From: Pelagomonas calceolata
Taxonomy: Eukaryota
Assembly (NCBI GenBank): GCA_918797485.1
Contig: CAKKNE010000006.1
Coordinates: 2,046,001 to 2,110,000 of the forward strand
Length of the DNA stretch: 64,000 nt
Direction of reading: 5' to 3'
The number at the start of each line of letters is the position of its first letter. Positions within the stretch are counted from its first letter, which is position 1. Both the position numbers and the translations under genes were made by a program. The notes beneath the pieces are model-generated. The model had not been told where the DNA came from. It searched no databases and saw nothing but the letters and a program-made list of their open reading frames with translations. Shown here piece after piece: positions 20,610 through 31,999 of the stretch.

Positions 20610-20873
20610 GGTTGACAGCCAAAGAAACTGTTTTGGTTGGCTCTGAGACTCGGAGCTTCGTAGAAGGGCTTGAACTCAGTGGAGTTGTGATCGGGCGACA
20701 CACAAGGGAAGTCTTAATCGATTTTTCGCGGCGTGGATGCGATTGGTGCGCAAAGGAAGATGCGCGGAGCTAAAATCGGTGAGGGCAAAAACCCGTGACA
20801 CTATTAGTCCAGCACCGCAACACAAGGAGCCTCGAGACAGACGCGAAGCACGCAGTGACACCACGAAAATTAC

Positions 20874-21696
20874 TTAGTCGTCCTCGCTCTCGTCGTCATC
20901 ATCGTCGCGCAGCCGCTTCTTCGCGCCCGACACCGTCTCCGCCGCGGGCTCCTCCTCAGGGACCGCCGCCGGCGCCGGCGCCGGCGCATCCACGACGTCC
21001 GCGCCGCGCCGCGCATCCCTAGCCGGGTCGTACGTCACCCGCCGGTCGTCGCGCACCTGGCCGCCGCTCTGGCCGCGGCCGTACCTGCGTCGTCGATGCG
21101 TGAGGGACGGCGGGCGCTCATACGAAACACGATCGATGTAGTGTGTCGCCTCGGTGCCATGGAAGTTTGGTTTTCGTCGTTTCATCACAAGGTGTCAGGG
21201 TGTGTAACAACTCGGTGAATAGGGTTCGTCCCCGGCGATCAATGATATGAAAAATAAACACTGACGCAAACTGGCGCCCGTCCCGGAACCCGAAGTCGAG
21301 CTCTGCTCGTAAAGGTCGGTCATCCAACACCAGACCGGTAATACGAGAGACAGTATCCAAGGCAGCTTCCGAAGAGTAGTGCTCGACGAAACAAAACCCG
21401 CACGGCTCCTTCGTGTGCCGATTCAGGCCCATGATTACTTTTTTCACGGGTCCCGTTCGCGAACATAGCTCCACGATTTGCGCCTCCGTCGTGTAGAACG
21501 ACAGGTTGCCAATATACACGGTTTTGCTATCAGTCAACGCCTGGACCTGGTCCTCGTAGGACGCGAAGAACTGGCGATCCACGTAAATCTTTTGCGTATT
21601 GGACGCCTCGTCGTGCCAGAGCGCGGCGCCGGCGCCCAATCCTCTGGCTTTGGGTAAGGCCGAGGCCTCGTCCTCTTGCGTGGGGTCGACGTCCAT
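20874..21696 (-). CDS. NCBP2: Nuclear cap-binding protein subunit 2 (CBP20), intron 21085-21271
   Basis: VYIGNLSFYTTE, PCGFCFVE; splicing restores DGRQYGRGQSGGQVRD. Confidence 0.95.
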
Positions 21697-21907
21697 GCTT
21701 TTTGTGATTGCGGGACGGCTGGCCGTGTTTGACGCGGCGACGGCGTCGGCAGCGAGCGAGCGGGGCACAGCAAGCAGGCTCTGCGGGCAATTGAGGGCCG
21801 TAGCGGTGGCGGCGCTGGACGCGTGGCGTTGCGGAGGCGCAATACGCTTGCGCGAGGGTGGATTGCTTCGCGCAGCGCAGTAGTAGCAAAGGCAAAGCCG
21901 GGAGCCA

Positions 21908-21932
21908 GCTAGCGGCATAAAGACACTATAGC
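21908..21932 (+). promoter_or_regulatory. Bipartite CTAG promoter motif variant GCTAGCGGCATAAAGACACTATAGC
   Basis: Lies between divergent NCBP2 and SDHAF4. Confidence 0.55.
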
Positions 21933-22094
21933 GCAAGACCCCGTGACACGTGATGCGCCAGCTGTTGGCCTATTGCGTAGTGTTTGAATACGTTCTGCTC
22001 GTTCTGTAACTAGCATATACCTGTCTGGCACATATACTGGCTCCACAGCAAATTTGGCCTCGGCAGACTAGCGGAGCAAACCCACTGAGAGCAC

Positions 22095-22454
22095 ATGCTG
22101 CGTATTCCGCTACGGCTTCTACGGACGCCTGCGGCGCGGCGCGCCGTGCGGCCACGACTCTCCGCGGCGCCATCACTGTCCGCGGTCTCGGGTGCATGCC
22201 GACCGAAATCCAGCGCAGCCGCGCCGGCTGACGCGGACGCCGGCGCCACTCTTGCCGCGCCGCGCGACGACCCGCCGCCCACAAAGATGAACGTGGCCGT
22301 CGACGCGGAAGTCGATGAGGACGACGACATGGAGGACATGTTCGTCGATACGAATATGGGGAAAGAGTGGGGCGGCCCGACGCGCGGCGGGCGCATGCCC
22401 GAGCCGACGCGGTTCGGGGATTGGGAGCGAAAAGGCCGCGCGACGGACTTCTAG
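22095..22454 (+). CDS. SDHAF4: Succinate dehydrogenase assembly factor 4 (DUF1674)
   Basis: EWGGP...EPTRFGDWERKGRATDF; Arg-rich mitochondrial-type presequence. Confidence 0.92.
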   Translation: MLRIPLRLLRTPAARRAVRPRLSAAPSLSAVSGACRPKSSAAAPADADAGATLAAPRDDPPPTKMNVAVDAEVDEDDDMEDMFVDTNMGKEWGGPTRGGRMPEPTRFGDWERKGRATDF

Positions 22455-22489
22455 AACAACGCTGTAATTCATTGTAGACATAACAACAC

Positions 22490-23512
22490 TTACCATCTGG
22501 CAATCACGAGCGCGGCCGCGTCCCGCTTTGTCACATATCGCTCTACGGAAGCCCGCACGACGGGGCGCGCTTTTGATGAAGGCAGCGTCCCCCGCAGCGC
22601 GTCGAAGAACTCCGGCTCCTCGATGGACGTAGACAACACACAAGCATTTGATAGAATAGCGTAGTTGTGCGTGAGGGCGTAGGACCACTCTAGATTCAAC
22701 ACCGCGTGCGGCCGGCCGGCCGGCACGTAGACCAGCTCGCCCGGCCGCTGGACGAGCTCGACCGTGCCGGGTAAGGCTGCCGCTTTATCCCGATACCGCG
22801 CGAACCACTGCGCCGACGGCAGCTGCGGCTCGCCGACGCCGAGCGCCCTCAACTCATCTCGAGATAAATGGGAAGGCAGGAAGATCCACCTTTTGAGCCC
22901 TTGCACCAGGTAGACCCAGGCATGGGTATACAAAGGATCGACGTGCACGCCCGTGCCCGACCGCGGCCCTCCTAGTAATAACCAGCGCCAGGGCGGCCGC
23001 TCGTCCACATTTGCGAGAGCGAAGGCGTCCTCGCTCAGGAAGCGCGGCACGTCGTACGCGAAGCCGCCCAGGTCCGCGAACTCCGCATCATAAATCGCAA
23101 AGGGCGCGTCGTCCTCCGTCGTGGACGCGTACGCATACCACACCTCAAGACCCACCATCGCGCCGTGCGTGTCGCTCACTCTGAAGTTCGTTTCGCCGTA
23201 AAGGTGACGGAGGGCCTCGATGCTTGCGGGTACGTTTTTGAATAACTTCTCGCAGCCGTCGACGACGCACGGCGGTCCTCCCTTGCATTCGTAGGTGTTC
23301 GCGAACTTGACTCGCGTTAATTTTGATACGTGTTCGCGCGGCACGCGTGTCGACGTTGCGAGGAGCCGCCTTCGCGTTTGCTCCCATGTTTTAGCGAGGC
23401 CGTCTTTGGACCAATTAGTGCAGCGGGGCCGTTCGAGTAATTTGGCGGCTTCGATCTCGTCGCCGTCCGTCGCGTCTGATGCGTCGTCGGCGACGGCGCG
23501 GGGGCGGCACAT
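22490..23512 (-). CDS. JmjC dioxygenase, JMJD6-like
   Basis: RPPWRWLLLGGPRSGTGVHVDP...GLKRW...QRPGELVYVPAGRPHAVLNL (HxD...H triad). Confidence 0.9.
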   Translation of the reverse strand: MCRPRAVADDASDATDGDEIEAAKLLERPRCTNWSKDGLAKTWEQTRRRLLATSTRVPREHVSKLTRVKFANTYECKGGPPCVVDGCEKLFKNVPASIEALRHLYGETNFRVSDTHGAMVGLEVWYAYASTTEDDAPFAIYDAEFADLGGFAYDVPRFLSEDAFALANVDERPPWRWLLLGGPRSGTGVHVDPLYTHAWVYLVQGLKRWIFLPSHLSRDELRALGVGEPQLPSAQWFARYRDKAAALPGTVELVQRPGELVYVPAGRPHAVLNLEWSYALTHNYAILSNACVLSTSIEEPEFFDALRGTLPSSKARPVVRASVERYVTKRDAAALVIARW

Positions 23513-24049
23513 TGTGCTCTGCACTGCAGTCCGCCTATAATTTTTGCGTGCGAGCGATGTGTGTGCTGTCACTGCACAGCGCTGCAGCCTGCACTCACTG
23601 CTAGGCTCCCTAGTTATGGCTGCCAAGATTTTGCGTGCGAGCGATGTCTGTGGATGCGTATGCAGCTGCTGACGCGCGTTGGTCTGTCGCACGCCGCGTA
23701 CGCAGGGGACATGCGCCAGCATCGACCAAGCTGCTTCAGGGCCAGCAGGCATCGACGGCCCAGGCGTCGCTGGCATGGCGTGGCCGCACCCTTTCGTGGC
23801 ACCGAAGCTTCCTTTCGGACTCCTCTCTCTACGCTAGTAGGTCACACCTAGGCTTTAGGGCTCGAAAGTCTTTAGCCGTCCCACGGCCCGTAAAATTGGC
23901 CGCTGGGCAGTAGTTTGCAGCTTTGTTGCACGCGGCTCTTTAGAAATACGCCGCGCGCCAGCACACAAACGCTCGCAGCGCAACTCGCTCGGCGACGCCC
24001 GCTTCAGGCAGCTAACCAACCCTGCCCGCCGGAGGCAGCCTAGCCAACC

Positions 24050-25666
24050 ATGGCCATGAACTTAAATATGGCCGGTGGCGCCCAGGGCATGATGAAGGAA
24101 GGTAGCACGCTGGCGGACGGCGTCGACGAGGCCGTCTTGAAAAACATTGGCGCGACTAAACAGCTCGCAAAAATAGTACAGTCGTCTTTAGGACCGAACG
24201 GCATGAAGAAGCTCATCATCAACCACCTCGGGAAGACTCTCGTGTCCTCCGATTGTGGAACGATCGCTAGAGAGCTGGAGGTCGTCCACCCGGCGGCGCA
24301 GATGGTGTCCATGGCAAGTGCCGCGCAGGATTCCGAGGTCGGCGACGGCACGAACCTCGTCGTGTCATTTTCTGGGGAGTTGCTCAAGCTAGCTGAGGAA
24401 TTACTTAGAACAGGTTTACATACTTCTGAAATAGTACAAGGGTATGAATTAGCTTATGCGGAATGCGTGCGAGTCTTACCAGAACTGGAAGTGGCAAGAG
24501 TGAAGAACGTCCGAGATGCAGCCGAAGTCGCGAAAGCCATCGAGCCCGTAGTCGCCGCGAAACACGAAGGCGTCGAAGGTATACTCAGCAAAGTAATAGC
24601 CGACGCATGCGTCGCGGTCCTCCCGCCCGCGCCCGAAGCGCCCATCCTGAAAGCCGACCAAGTCCGCATCGCCAAGCTGCGGGGCGGCGACGTCGCGTCG
24701 TCGACGATGATGAAGGGCATGATCGTCATGAGACCTTCCGAGACGACGGTGCAGCAGCTCGAAGATCGAAGCAAAGTAGTAGCGTTCAATTGTGGGGTGG
24801 AGATGGCCACGACGGAGACGAAGGGTACCGTACTCATTAGAACGGCGGACGAGCTCATCAACTACAACAAGTCGGAGGAGCGGGCCTTGGAGGCGATTGT
24901 CAAGGAGATCGCCGATTCCGGCGTCAAGCTAGTCATATCCGGCGGTTCGGTCAGCGAGATGGCCGTGCACTTCCTCGAGAAGTACCAGCTCATGTGCCTG
25001 AAGATCACGTCGAAGTGGGAGCTGCGGAGATTATGTGGGGCTACCGGGTGTACGGCGCTCGTGCGATTGGGCGCTCCTACTCCGGAAGAGATGGGCTCTG
25101 TTTCGAAAGTATCGACCAAGGAGCTCGGTGGTCGCACCGTGACCGTATTGGAGCAATTGGGAGATGCTCAAACCAAAATCGCCACTGTCGTTCTACGGGC
25201 CGCGACGGCGTCGCTGATTGACGACCTGGAGCGAGCTGTCGATGATGGTGTGAATGCGGTACGGATGCTCTGCAAGGACCCTCGGTTGCTCGCGGGCGGT
25301 GGTGCGTGTGAAATGGAACTCAGTAAAAGATTGAGAGATTACTGTGAGGCTTCTACAGGGATGGACCACTACGCCCTCGCGAAGTTCGCCGACGCCTTTG
25401 AAGTCGTGCCTCGAGCCTTGGCCGAGACGTCGGGCTTAGATCAAACGAAAGTCATCGCTGAGCTGCGCGACCAGCACGCGGCCGGGGATGCTACTGCTGG
25501 CGTGGACTTGGCCGCAACGTTGTCGGGCGGGGGCACGGGCGCGCCCGTGCGCGACGGCTACGCCGTCAAGGAGTCCGCTCTCAGATTAGCCGTGGACGCG
25601 GCGGTGACGGTGCTCCGCGTCGACCAGATCATCATGTCCAAGCCGGCGGGCGGGCCGAAGAAGTAG
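24050..25666 (+). CDS. CCT8: T-complex protein 1 subunit theta
   Basis: SLGPNGMKKLIINHL, EVGDGTNLV, SKWELRRLC, DQIIMSKPAGGPK. Confidence 0.97.
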   Translation: MAMNLNMAGGAQGMMKEGSTLADGVDEAVLKNIGATKQLAKIVQSSLGPNGMKKLIINHLGKTLVSSDCGTIARELEVVHPAAQMVSMASAAQDSEVGDGTNLVVSFSGELLKLAEELLRTGLHTSEIVQGYELAYAECVRVLPELEVARVKNVRDAAEVAKAIEPVVAAKHEGVEGILSKVIADACVAVLPPAPEAPILKADQVRIAKLRGGDVASSTMMKGMIVMRPSETTVQQLEDRSKVVAFNCGVEMATTETKGTVLIRTADELINYNKSEERALEAIVKEIADSGVKLVISGGSVSEMAVHFLEKYQLMCLKITSKWELRRLCGATGCTALVRLGAPTPEEMGSVSKVSTKELGGRTVTVLEQLGDAQTKIATVVLRAATASLIDDLERAVDDGVNAVRMLCKDPRLLAGGGACEMELSKRLRDYCEASTGMDHYALAKFADAFEVVPRALAETSGLDQTKVIAELRDQHAAGDATAGVDLAATLSGGGTGAPVRDGYAVKESALRLAVDAAVTVLRVDQIIMSKPAGGPKK

Positions 25667-25722
25667 GTCGCGTGGCTTCCCTTTTGCTCTCTAACGTTAC
25701 GTTTTCGATATACCTAGCATGA

Positions 25723-26898
25723 TTAGGCGCTCCCCGGCGGCGTCATGGCCTCGACGGCGTCGCGGAGGGAGTTGACGTCGCCTTCATGGGCGCGGAGCGC
25801 TTCTCGCGACATTTCTAGGGCGTGCTCGATCGCCTTTGTGGTTGGGTACGCGCTGCCGAACACGCGCCGCGCAGTCCGTTCTAACTCCTCCAGCGTCGTC
25901 ACGGCTTCGCGGAGATCGTCGAGAGTGGCACCTTCGTCTAGGGAGAGCGTCGTCGCGTACATTATCTGCATCCTAAGCGTGAGGTCATTACAGTCTCCAA
26001 GAAAACGCCGCGCCACAGGGGTCATTTTGCAGAGCACCTTCCTGGATTCTTGGTAGCGCTCGAGATTAACAAGGGACACCGCGTAGTTGAGGGCTGATAC
26101 GAGGGTCTCTTCGTTTTCTTCGCCACTGAACTTCAAATTTCCGGAGTATACCTTTTGCCGCAGGCGCAATGAATCTTCAAGCCGTCCAAGCAGTTGATAG
26201 GTGGTCGCAAGATTGCCCTGCACAACGAGAATGTTGTCTTCCGAATCACCAAGGCGCCGCCGCATAGACAACTCGGCCTCTTGCACGGACAACGCGTCCT
26301 CATGGTGATTATTCTCGGATAAACCGCTCCCAAGCAGGCTCATCGCGAATTTCCGAGCCCAGTCAGTCTCCGGCCGCCCGACGTATGTCTTCCAGCACGC
26401 CCACCCGAGCGCGCACCGTACGACGCTGTGGTACATTTGCTCGCAGAGGCTGCACGTGTGCCACCGCCCAAACCTCTCATTCAAGACCTTGTCGTCTAAA
26501 TTGTTCTCCTCGGCTTCCGCAACCAAAATCTTCGCCTGCTCCGCGAGACACGATACATGCGCGAAGCCCGCCGTCCCGCGACAGGAGCACATGCGCACGA
26601 GGCCCTCCTTCGTTTTCCAATGGAGGGCCTGCGTGCAGATATAGCACGTCTGCCCCTTCGTGTCCTCCGCGCACGCCTCCGCCGCGACTACGACAGCCTC
26701 CGTGTACTTAATATTTGCGTTGTACTGTTCGGCGCCGCCCGCTTTTTTTATCAATTTGCAGAGCTTGTCATGGCCGCCGCCCTCCCAGTGTTGTTTCTGG
26801 CATTCGGGCCCACAGTAGCGTGTGCTGCAGCGGCCGCATTTCTTGCCCAAGGTCAGCCCAAGGTCGGTGGCGCAGACGGCGCACTGCGTGAGGATCAT
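25723..26898 (-). CDS. MYND zinc finger-RINGv-TPR protein, copy 2
   Basis: Same architecture and near-identical N-terminal half as copy 1. Confidence 0.9.
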   Translation of the reverse strand: MILTQCAVCATDLGLTLGKKCGRCSTRYCGPECQKQHWEGGGHDKLCKLIKKAGGAEQYNANIKYTEAVVVAAEACAEDTKGQTCYICTQALHWKTKEGLVRMCSCRGTAGFAHVSCLAEQAKILVAEAEENNLDDKVLNERFGRWHTCSLCEQMYHSVVRCALGWACWKTYVGRPETDWARKFAMSLLGSGLSENNHHEDALSVQEAELSMRRRLGDSEDNILVVQGNLATTYQLLGRLEDSLRLRQKVYSGNLKFSGEENEETLVSALNYAVSLVNLERYQESRKVLCKMTPVARRFLGDCNDLTLRMQIMYATTLSLDEGATLDDLREAVTTLEELERTARRVFGSAYPTTKAIEHALEMSREALRAHEGDVNSLRDAVEAMTPPGSA

Positions 26899-27160
26899 TG
26901 GATGCAATTTGGGCAGCTCCTGGCCCCCACTTGGGCCGCCCGATAATCTGGCTAGTGATGAGACATACTAGGAATAGCTTTGGGCGCCGGCGCGGCCTTG
27001 CCATTGAGCTCATAAGTGCGCGCGTCTGGTGCACAGAGAGCTGGCTCTTCTCACTCAGAGTGGCCACAGCAAAATCGCTGCGGCTCAGAGAAGGCACAAG
27101 CAAGCACAGCTCAAAATCGCGGTCGCCGCCGCGAGGCCATTTTAACCGCCGCGCGCGACG

Positions 27161-29866
27161 ATGACGACCCTCGCGAGCCTCGCTTTATCAGCGGAGTCAT
27201 TGGCGAGCCGCCACGCGCCGGCCACCGGCGTGCCGCCCCTCCAGAAGACGCTCGCGGAGCTCGAGGCCGAGGCCGCGCGATTAAATGCCCAGCAGCAGCA
27301 GCCCTCTCAAAATAGGGGAGAAGCGCTGTTGGCCCAGTCGACCTTCGACGCCAGAGCTTTGCACCGGCAGATTTTGGAGTTGGAACAAAGAGCCGAATTT
27401 GCCCAGCATAGAGTCGAGGCCGACGGGAGGGACTTGGACGCCGCTTTACTGGCTCGTACTGATGAGGTCGTCGTCGCGTGCATCGAGGGCGCCGTGGCGG
27501 ATGCCGTCGAGGACGGCGAGAAGGCGGCGCTCAAGGAACATCTCGAGAGTTGGGAGGTCGAGAAAAAACGTCTCCTCGAGGATGTGGGCCTCAAAGAATT
27601 GAAGTGGGAGACGCCCGCCCAATCAAAGGTTGAGGACATGCAGCTGACGACCGTCCAAAGTCCGCCTAGGAGGAGAGCTCTGGATGACGACGCTCGGAGA
27701 CACGGGGAAGTTGTGCGAAGATTAAATAGGTACGCGCGCTTGGATGCGTCCGACCGTAGGAGGGTGGACGCCGAGGGCGGCCTACGAGTCGCGTCGGACT
27801 TCGGGGCGCTGGCGCCGCGACCCAGTCAACTTTCAGTAGCATGGCGAGTCGTGCACGCCCAGTGCCGAGAAGACCGAAGCTTTGATGAAGCATTAGCGGC
27901 CTTTCCGGGCCAAAAGAGGACGGCCTGCGACGCGGTTAGATTCAACGCTTCCAAACGAAATGATAACTGGCTCGCGCTCGGGTGTAGACGAGCGGTCGAG
28001 GCGCAGTATAGAGATTATGTGGATGCCAAGCTGAAGGACGCCGGGCCTTCGTTGAGAACTCAGGTCATGGGCGTCGCTACCTTTGATTCGAGTGATGACG
28101 CGGCACGGTACGCCGCTTATCTAAGATGGCGCCACCAGCTCCCGCGAGAGACGCAGGACATGAACGTCTTGAGGAACGGCGAGGCCGCCTGGCCCCAGTT
28201 GTACGCGGCTCTGAGGTGCGGCGGCGCTAGGGGTGGTTTGGCGGTTTGTTCGGCAGAACCCGCGTTCGGAGTGGGCCTGCAACGAGCCTGTCGAGCTAGA
28301 GCGGCGTACGACGACGCCGTCGAGGTGCTCGGATGGGCCGTTGATGTTGATAACGCACAAAAAAAAGTAGATGAGACGGCGCGAGAACTGGAGTCGGCGA
28401 GACGGGCCTGCGCCGCCGAGCACGCGGCGGTCCTCGCCTCCGCGAGTACGACGACGTGCCCCTACTACGCGTCCTGTGCGAACCTATTAGCTTTGGACGA
28501 CGCCGATTTGAGGGACGAACGAGTGCAACGAACGGTGGAAGATTTTTGTTGGCACGCGCTTTGGTTTGGCACGGCGCCCTCCGGGAGTAGGGAAGCGTTG
28601 CGGAGGGCGGCGACGCAGTGGGGCGCGGCGCACTTCGATCCTGATGGGGAAACACCATTACAGTACGCGACGGTGTTGCTGCTGGCCGGTGACTGTGCTG
28701 GTGCACTCGCGCATCTGCAGAAACGTAGACTGCCCCAGGAAGCGTTGCATCTAGGCTTGGCGTTGGACGCCTACGGCTTGCTGGAACACGCCAGAAGCTC
28801 GACGACTGATGTTCTGTCTCCTCCAAAGCGCCACACAACTAGATCGCCCTTCGGCGGCAACGGCCAGCCCCCCGGTTCCTTAGATGAAGGATATGACTTA
28901 GCTCGAGCTTGCTTAGCCTACGCTAGACATGTCGCGGCGGCCGACGCTTCCATAGCGCTGGAGTACGTCTTCTGGCCGAGACATCGAGACGCCTTGGTGA
29001 AGCGAGAGGTGTCTTATGACGACTTCGACAAATCGGTCCTCGGTGACGCCCTGACGTCGCCGGCGGCGGCCACGGTCTCCATTCTACTGGATACGAGAGC
29101 GTATGACGTGATCTGCGGCGCGCCCACACCCGCCAGTGGCAGAGGCCGCGGCGCGCTCGATGACCACCTGCCGCCGCAACTCGCTGATCAACTGATCAAG
29201 ATCGCGGCAAGGGACGCGCAGAAACGCGGGAGACCGGCCGATGCGGCTCGATTACATAGCTTGACGGGTGACGACGTTTCAGTGCTACGAGTACTTGTAG
29301 AAAGATTGGGCCAGGTCGTCGCTACGACAAACGATGCGGATCGGGCCTTTTGGTTGGAAACTTGTAATGATTTCGCTGAAAGAAGAATAGCGGCGGTCGT
29401 GAATGAATTGCGAGCCTCGGACGAGGAGGAGCTCGGGTATGCCTTCGAGTCCTTACTAAATCTGGCGCAGTTCTTCGACGCCGTGCGGGCGGACGCGTGT
29501 TCCGATGCGCTGCGGTCGTTAGATGCGACTCGCTTCGTGCCGTCTACTGATGATAGTGTGGGGCCCTGCTTGGACGCGTTCTATAGAAGGGACCCGACCG
29601 TGCAGCGGCTTCTACCGGAGGTGCTGGGCGCGACCATGGACGTCATCACGAAGGCCTACCAGAGCGGTAGAAGAGCGAGGCAGGACGCGCGCTTCGCGTC
29701 GGCAGCCGCGCCGGGCAAGCCGCGGCTCCACGACGCGGCCGACGCGGCGGCCCAGGATTTGCGGAAAAGGGCGGCTCTCTTAGTAGACTTCGCGGGGCTG
29801 CTCAAAGCGCGACTACCCGACGACGTCCACGCGCGGCTCGGGGCGCTCGAGGCGATGATGCTCTGA
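27161..29866 (+). CDS. NUP93: Nucleoporin Nup93/Nic96
   Basis: AWPQLYAALRCG, TVEDFCW, LLLAGD...ALHLGLAL, N-terminal WE..K coiled coil; 901 aa. Confidence 0.88.
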   Translation: MTTLASLALSAESLASRHAPATGVPPLQKTLAELEAEAARLNAQQQQPSQNRGEALLAQSTFDARALHRQILELEQRAEFAQHRVEADGRDLDAALLARTDEVVVACIEGAVADAVEDGEKAALKEHLESWEVEKKRLLEDVGLKELKWETPAQSKVEDMQLTTVQSPPRRRALDDDARRHGEVVRRLNRYARLDASDRRRVDAEGGLRVASDFGALAPRPSQLSVAWRVVHAQCREDRSFDEALAAFPGQKRTACDAVRFNASKRNDNWLALGCRRAVEAQYRDYVDAKLKDAGPSLRTQVMGVATFDSSDDAARYAAYLRWRHQLPRETQDMNVLRNGEAAWPQLYAALRCGGARGGLAVCSAEPAFGVGLQRACRARAAYDDAVEVLGWAVDVDNAQKKVDETARELESARRACAAEHAAVLASASTTTCPYYASCANLLALDDADLRDERVQRTVEDFCWHALWFGTAPSGSREALRRAATQWGAAHFDPDGETPLQYATVLLLAGDCAGALAHLQKRRLPQEALHLGLALDAYGLLEHARSSTTDVLSPPKRHTTRSPFGGNGQPPGSLDEGYDLARACLAYARHVAAADASIALEYVFWPRHRDALVKREVSYDDFDKSVLGDALTSPAAATVSILLDTRAYDVICGAPTPASGRGRGALDDHLPPQLADQLIKIAARDAQKRGRPADAARLHSLTGDDVSVLRVLVERLGQVVATTNDADRAFWLETCNDFAERRIAAVVNELRASDEEELGYAFESLLNLAQFFDAVRADACSDALRSLDATRFVPSTDDSVGPCLDAFYRRDPTVQRLLPEVLGATMDVITKAYQSGRRARQDARFASAAAPGKPRLHDAADAAAQDLRKRAALLVDFAGLLKARLPDDVHARLGALEAMML

Positions 29867-30165
29867 TTGCTTGCGCGTAACTACTCCCCCATACTTAGAT
29901 CAAATCGAGTAGCCATTCTCTCCGCCCACGGGCAGCCTTGCACAGAATTATGCGCAGCTGATGTCTAGTATGTCTAAAGCACTAGCAATTGGCAGGCAAA
30001 AAAAGGCAGCGCGCGGCTCAAATATAGCAAAAAAACAGCCGTTTACCCGTCCCAGCTGTCGTACGCTGTCGCGCAGCAGCGATAAAGCCACCCTCTGTCG
30101 AGCAGCGATAAAGCCACTCAGCCATAGTATTTCCCACAGCCCCAGGCGACGCAAAAGCGCTGCGG

Positions 30166-31665
30166 ATGAGCGCTGCGCAGGACGCCGACGCGGCGAAAGA
30201 GGACGACGCCCCGGCCCTCCGCAAGCTCTTCGTCGCGGGAATAGCAATAGGCGCGCTCGTCGCCCTCACCCTGCCGACCACAACGCAAGAGAGACGGCGC
30301 CTCACCCCGGACCCGCAATTAAATGGCTGCTTCGAGGGCGCCGGCTGGAACAGCGCGACGCGCGTCGATCGGTTAGCGGCGCTCCAAGAAGTGAACCCGG
30401 ACATCCCCGCCTCGATCCAGACGGGGCCCACGAGGGCGTGGGTGCTCGGGAGGGGCTCCTGGGAGTCTTACAGTAGTGATGAGGTCATCCCATCCGCCTG
30501 CGAGGAAATTGACGTCGTCGTGGCTCATAGTGGAGCTGATAGGTGTCTGTTGCTGTCTGGTGCCGCATCTTCCGCAGTACCGCACCACGTGACGCGGTGG
30601 GAGCGCCACCCTTCTTCTCCGACGGGATGGTCCGTGGTATCTCGCATACGGGAGTCGAGGCAACGCATGCCTGGGGAAGGCACCAGGAAGCGCGCTCGGA
30701 CGCTCGCGGCTCGCTTGTATTCGAGACTCGACGACGTCTTCGCGTCCCTAGAACCCTTACTGAAGAAGGCGGCAGTACATACGCATCCGGCGTACAAGGC
30801 CACGATGGGCTCAAACACGAAAGGAGCGGTCCTCATCATGTGCGTGAACTGGGGCAATTTAGATTTGCTCATGAACTTTCTGAGGAGCGCGTGCGACAAA
30901 CAGATAGACATCCAGAATTTAATCGTTTTCGCGGCGGATCCCAAGGTCGAGAAAGCGCTCAAAGCCATCGGGGTGTTGGTGTTCTCGCACGACGCGCTTG
31001 GATCCTTTACCGCTGGAGCGGCGCGATCGTATGGCGACCATACGTTTGTCGAGATGATGTGGCTCAAGCTGACGTGCGTCTACCTCGTAAACGCGTTGGG
31101 CTACGACCTCCTCTTCCAGGACGCGGATTTGTACTGGTGGCGCGAGCCCTGGTCGTTCTTCGCGACGCGACCGGATATAGATACCTTTTGGATGGACGAC
31201 GGCGCTAGGACCAGTCGTTTCGCACCGTTGTATCCCAATACCGGATACTATCTCATCAGGCACAACCCTAGGACAGCGTTACTGTGTGAGACGCTCGTCG
31301 GGATGTATGACGTGGTACTCGCGTGGCAAAGTCACCAGGCCGTCGTGTCCCAGGTCTTAGGTGAATTCCACGCCTTGCACGCGTTGACGGTGAAGATATT
31401 AGATAAAATAGAATTCCCGTCGGGCAAGCAGTTCCACCACAACCGCGCTCTATTTGAAAAGATAAAACGCAAGGAATTCGAGCCCTACTGCTTCCACATG
31501 TGCTGGACGGCGGGCAAGGCCGACAAGTTGAAATTCCTCAAGCAAGATGGGTTGTGGTACCTCGAGGAGTCTTGTGCCTTGAAGAACCTGGACGCGGACG
31601 ATGCGGCGTCCGTCCGGCGGTGCGGGCTCGGGCCGGCGACGTGCGCCTTCGTCGGCGGGAACTAA
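30166..31665 (+). CDS. Nucleotide-diphospho-sugar transferase (GT77-like), type II membrane protein
   Basis: N-terminal TM segment; MMWLK, LGYDLLFQDAD (DxD), NTGYY, HMCW...K. Confidence 0.88.
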   Translation: MSAAQDADAAKEDDAPALRKLFVAGIAIGALVALTLPTTTQERRRLTPDPQLNGCFEGAGWNSATRVDRLAALQEVNPDIPASIQTGPTRAWVLGRGSWESYSSDEVIPSACEEIDVVVAHSGADRCLLLSGAASSAVPHHVTRWERHPSSPTGWSVVSRIRESRQRMPGEGTRKRARTLAARLYSRLDDVFASLEPLLKKAAVHTHPAYKATMGSNTKGAVLIMCVNWGNLDLLMNFLRSACDKQIDIQNLIVFAADPKVEKALKAIGVLVFSHDALGSFTAGAARSYGDHTFVEMMWLKLTCVYLVNALGYDLLFQDADLYWWREPWSFFATRPDIDTFWMDDGARTSRFAPLYPNTGYYLIRHNPRTALLCETLVGMYDVVLAWQSHQAVVSQVLGEFHALHALTVKILDKIEFPSGKQFHHNRALFEKIKRKEFEPYCFHMCWTAGKADKLKFLKQDGLWYLEESCALKNLDADDAASVRRCGLGPATCAFVGGN

Positions 31666-31999
31666 GATTGATGTGCCGTACTCGTCTAGTTATCGCTGTA
31701 GTCTCCCTAGGAGGACGCGGCGCACGCCATCAACGCGGCGATTCGTCGCGCCGGCCTCGAAGGGCGACGCAAGACGAATCCGGTCGTCGACGGGCAACTG
31801 GTCCCCCGCGAGCGAAAGATGACGAAGAAGCGCCGCCGCGACGAGCCCGCCGCCACGCCGTCGCCGCGCGCCCGCCGCCGCTAGGCATCAGTAAGAATAT
31901 ACACCACACACGAAAAAGAAAACGCAGAGCCCACGCCGTCGTCGACGACGACGACGACGCGCCACTAGTGTATTATTTTTTTACCCGGGGCGGAGACAT

